From: a virus
Direction: 5' to 3' (one strand)
Length of the DNA: 64,000 nucleotides
Virus record (IMG/VR): IMGVR_UViG_3300050014_000310
Location: 32,001-96,000 of that record
Position 1 is the first letter of the stretch; each line of letters begins with the position of its first letter. Below the pieces are notes generated by a model. That model searched no databases and was not told where the DNA came from. It saw nothing but the letters and a program-made list of their open reading frames with translations. This document shows, piece after piece, positions 62,932 through 64,000 of the stretch. The position numbers were made by a program, and so were the translations under genes.

Positions 62932-63570
62932 TCAGGTCTTCTCAGGGCAATTAGGATTGTCGCCGCAACTGTTAGCGCCACAACCGAGGCTTGAAGAATT
63001 GTAGGGGCACCGCTCCTTTTGCTTATCACCCTTGAATCCCAGCAACTCAGCCGGCACACCTAATTCGGTCAACACTCTATCCTGAAATCCCTCGGCATCA
63101 AGCATTGGCGCCACTGTATCAAGCGGAACTGATTTAAAATCCAACGCCTTCACCTCGAACCCTTGGACCCCCTCGCACCGGCAGACTCGTTTGAGTCCCG
63201 GGCAATACACCCCGGTAGGAGCCTGCGCCGACTTATGGGAAAATGGTTTCCCACGCCGCGCCCTCTTGGCAAATACGGCACCCCCGTGATCGTCCTCGCC
63301 GATCACCATGTCAGGTATAACCCTATGACGCACAGTATCTGGTAGTTCCCCCAGCACGATCCCCTCAAACTCTCTCTTCATCCGACCGTCGAAACCCTGG
63401 GTCACCGAGATCTCCCACTTCCAGTCAGTCAAACAATACCCTTCCCAGGACGAAACGAAACCAGAAGACAGAGGCAGCCTTGATCCCGCGTGGATGATGC
63501 AGTCGGTAACGACTTGATCCGGGATCGGGGAGACGATCACGCGGTCAGGGGCAACGATTAGGGCTAACAT
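62932..63570 (-). CDS. Hypothetical protein
   Basis: 212 aa; TAATG-coupled to the upstream gene. Confidence 0.55.
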   Translation of the reverse strand: MLALIVAPDRVIVSPIPDQVVTDCIIHAGSRLPLSSGFVSSWEGYCLTDWKWEISVTQGFDGRMKREFEGIVLGELPDTVRHRVIPDMVIGEDDHGGAVFAKRARRGKPFSHKSAQAPTGVYCPGLKRVCRCEGVQGFEVKALDFKSVPLDTVAPMLDAEGFQDRVLTELGVPAELLGFKGDKQKERCPYNSSSLGCGANSCGDNPNCPEKT

Positions 63571-63956
63571 TAGGCTTCACCGCCCTTCTCTGCTATTCGC
63601 ACTCCAATGCCACGCCGGGCCACCCGGCCAGTCCCTGTACGCTCCTTTTCAAAACCTTTTTGCGCTAATGTGCGCCCAAATTTTGTCCGTGTTCGAACCG
63701 GCTCACCGTTCTTCTGCGCCCATTTCACATATTCATCGTATAGCGCCGATGTTTCGCATATTAGCTTCTCGCTTAGAATGCAACAGTCGTTTAAGAAGGC
63801 CGTGAAGTCGATCATCCAACCAGCATCCATCATTGCTATTTTAGGCATGCGCTGAACTTGGCGAGGTTGGGCATTCCCCATTATGCTGCTAGCAAGGGAA
63901 ACCAGTTCTGAAGACGACAGCCTGTCCTTTACGCTGTCAAGAAAAGACAACCGCAT
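63570..63956 (-). CDS. Protein with a primase/D5-type C-terminal winged-helix DNA-binding domain
   Basis: FLNDCC....LYDEYVKWAQKNGE...TKFGRTL..KGFEK.R...RRGI. Confidence 0.65.
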   Translation of the reverse strand: MRLSFLDSVKDRLSSSELVSLASSIMGNAQPRQVQRMPKIAMMDAGWMIDFTAFLNDCCILSEKLICETSALYDEYVKWAQKNGEPVRTRTKFGRTLAQKGFEKERTGTGRVARRGIGVRIAEKGGEA

Positions 63957-64000
63957 CGTTTCGGCTTCAATTTGCAGCTTTTTGGTGTCAAGCTGAACCC

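Larger units (their letters stand above)
1..64000. mobile_element. Temperate myovirus-type phage genome segment (Firmicutes host), probably non-integrated form
   Basis: Integrase/CI/Cro/Xis, terminase, portal, capsid, sheath, tube, baseplate and lysis modules in phage synteny; no host housekeeping genes; phage genes on both sides of the att core. Confidence 0.95.

Noticed and set aside
1-64000. CRISPR array, rRNA or reverse transcriptase gene
   Set aside because: No regularly spaced repeats, rRNA-like stretch or RT motif-bearing ORF found by inspection.

Overview
The whole window reads as about 64 kb of one temperate, contractile-tailed (myovirus-type) phage of a spore-forming Firmicute. Host evidence: GGAGGTGA-type RBSs, sigmaA promoters, Spo0A-box-like sites and a copper-amine-oxidase-N-like domain. 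Left to right: (1) early/recombination genes and a tRNA-like RNA (minus strand); (2) Rha, Xis, a Cro/CI switch with five operators, an ImmA protease and a tyrosine integrase; (3) an apparently intact attP (3' half of tRNA-Thr(GGT) flanked by TAGCACCT arm repeats), so this is probably the excised or circular form; (4) an accessory operon (small ORFs, SNF2 helicase, IbrA/PAPS-reductase-like, IbrB/ParB-like, HTH); (5) lysis, tail/baseplate, head and packaging modules, a late activator and many small ORFs. The late region carries five free-standing homing-endonuclease-like genes and an IS1341-type tnpB element. Most notable: (a) a diversity-generating retroelement TR/VR pair (27 of 28 mismatches at TR adenines) targeting a head-module protein, with no reverse transcriptase in the window and an antisense endonuclease where RT normally sits; (b) three co-varying copies of a pseudoknotted RNA leader in front of endonuclease genes of different families; (c) a tnpB IS inserted inside a Shine-Dalgarno sequence, which its left end rebuilds; (d) a tRNA-shaped RNA with a nested second T-arm. 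Family names come from motif recognition by eye, not from database searches.
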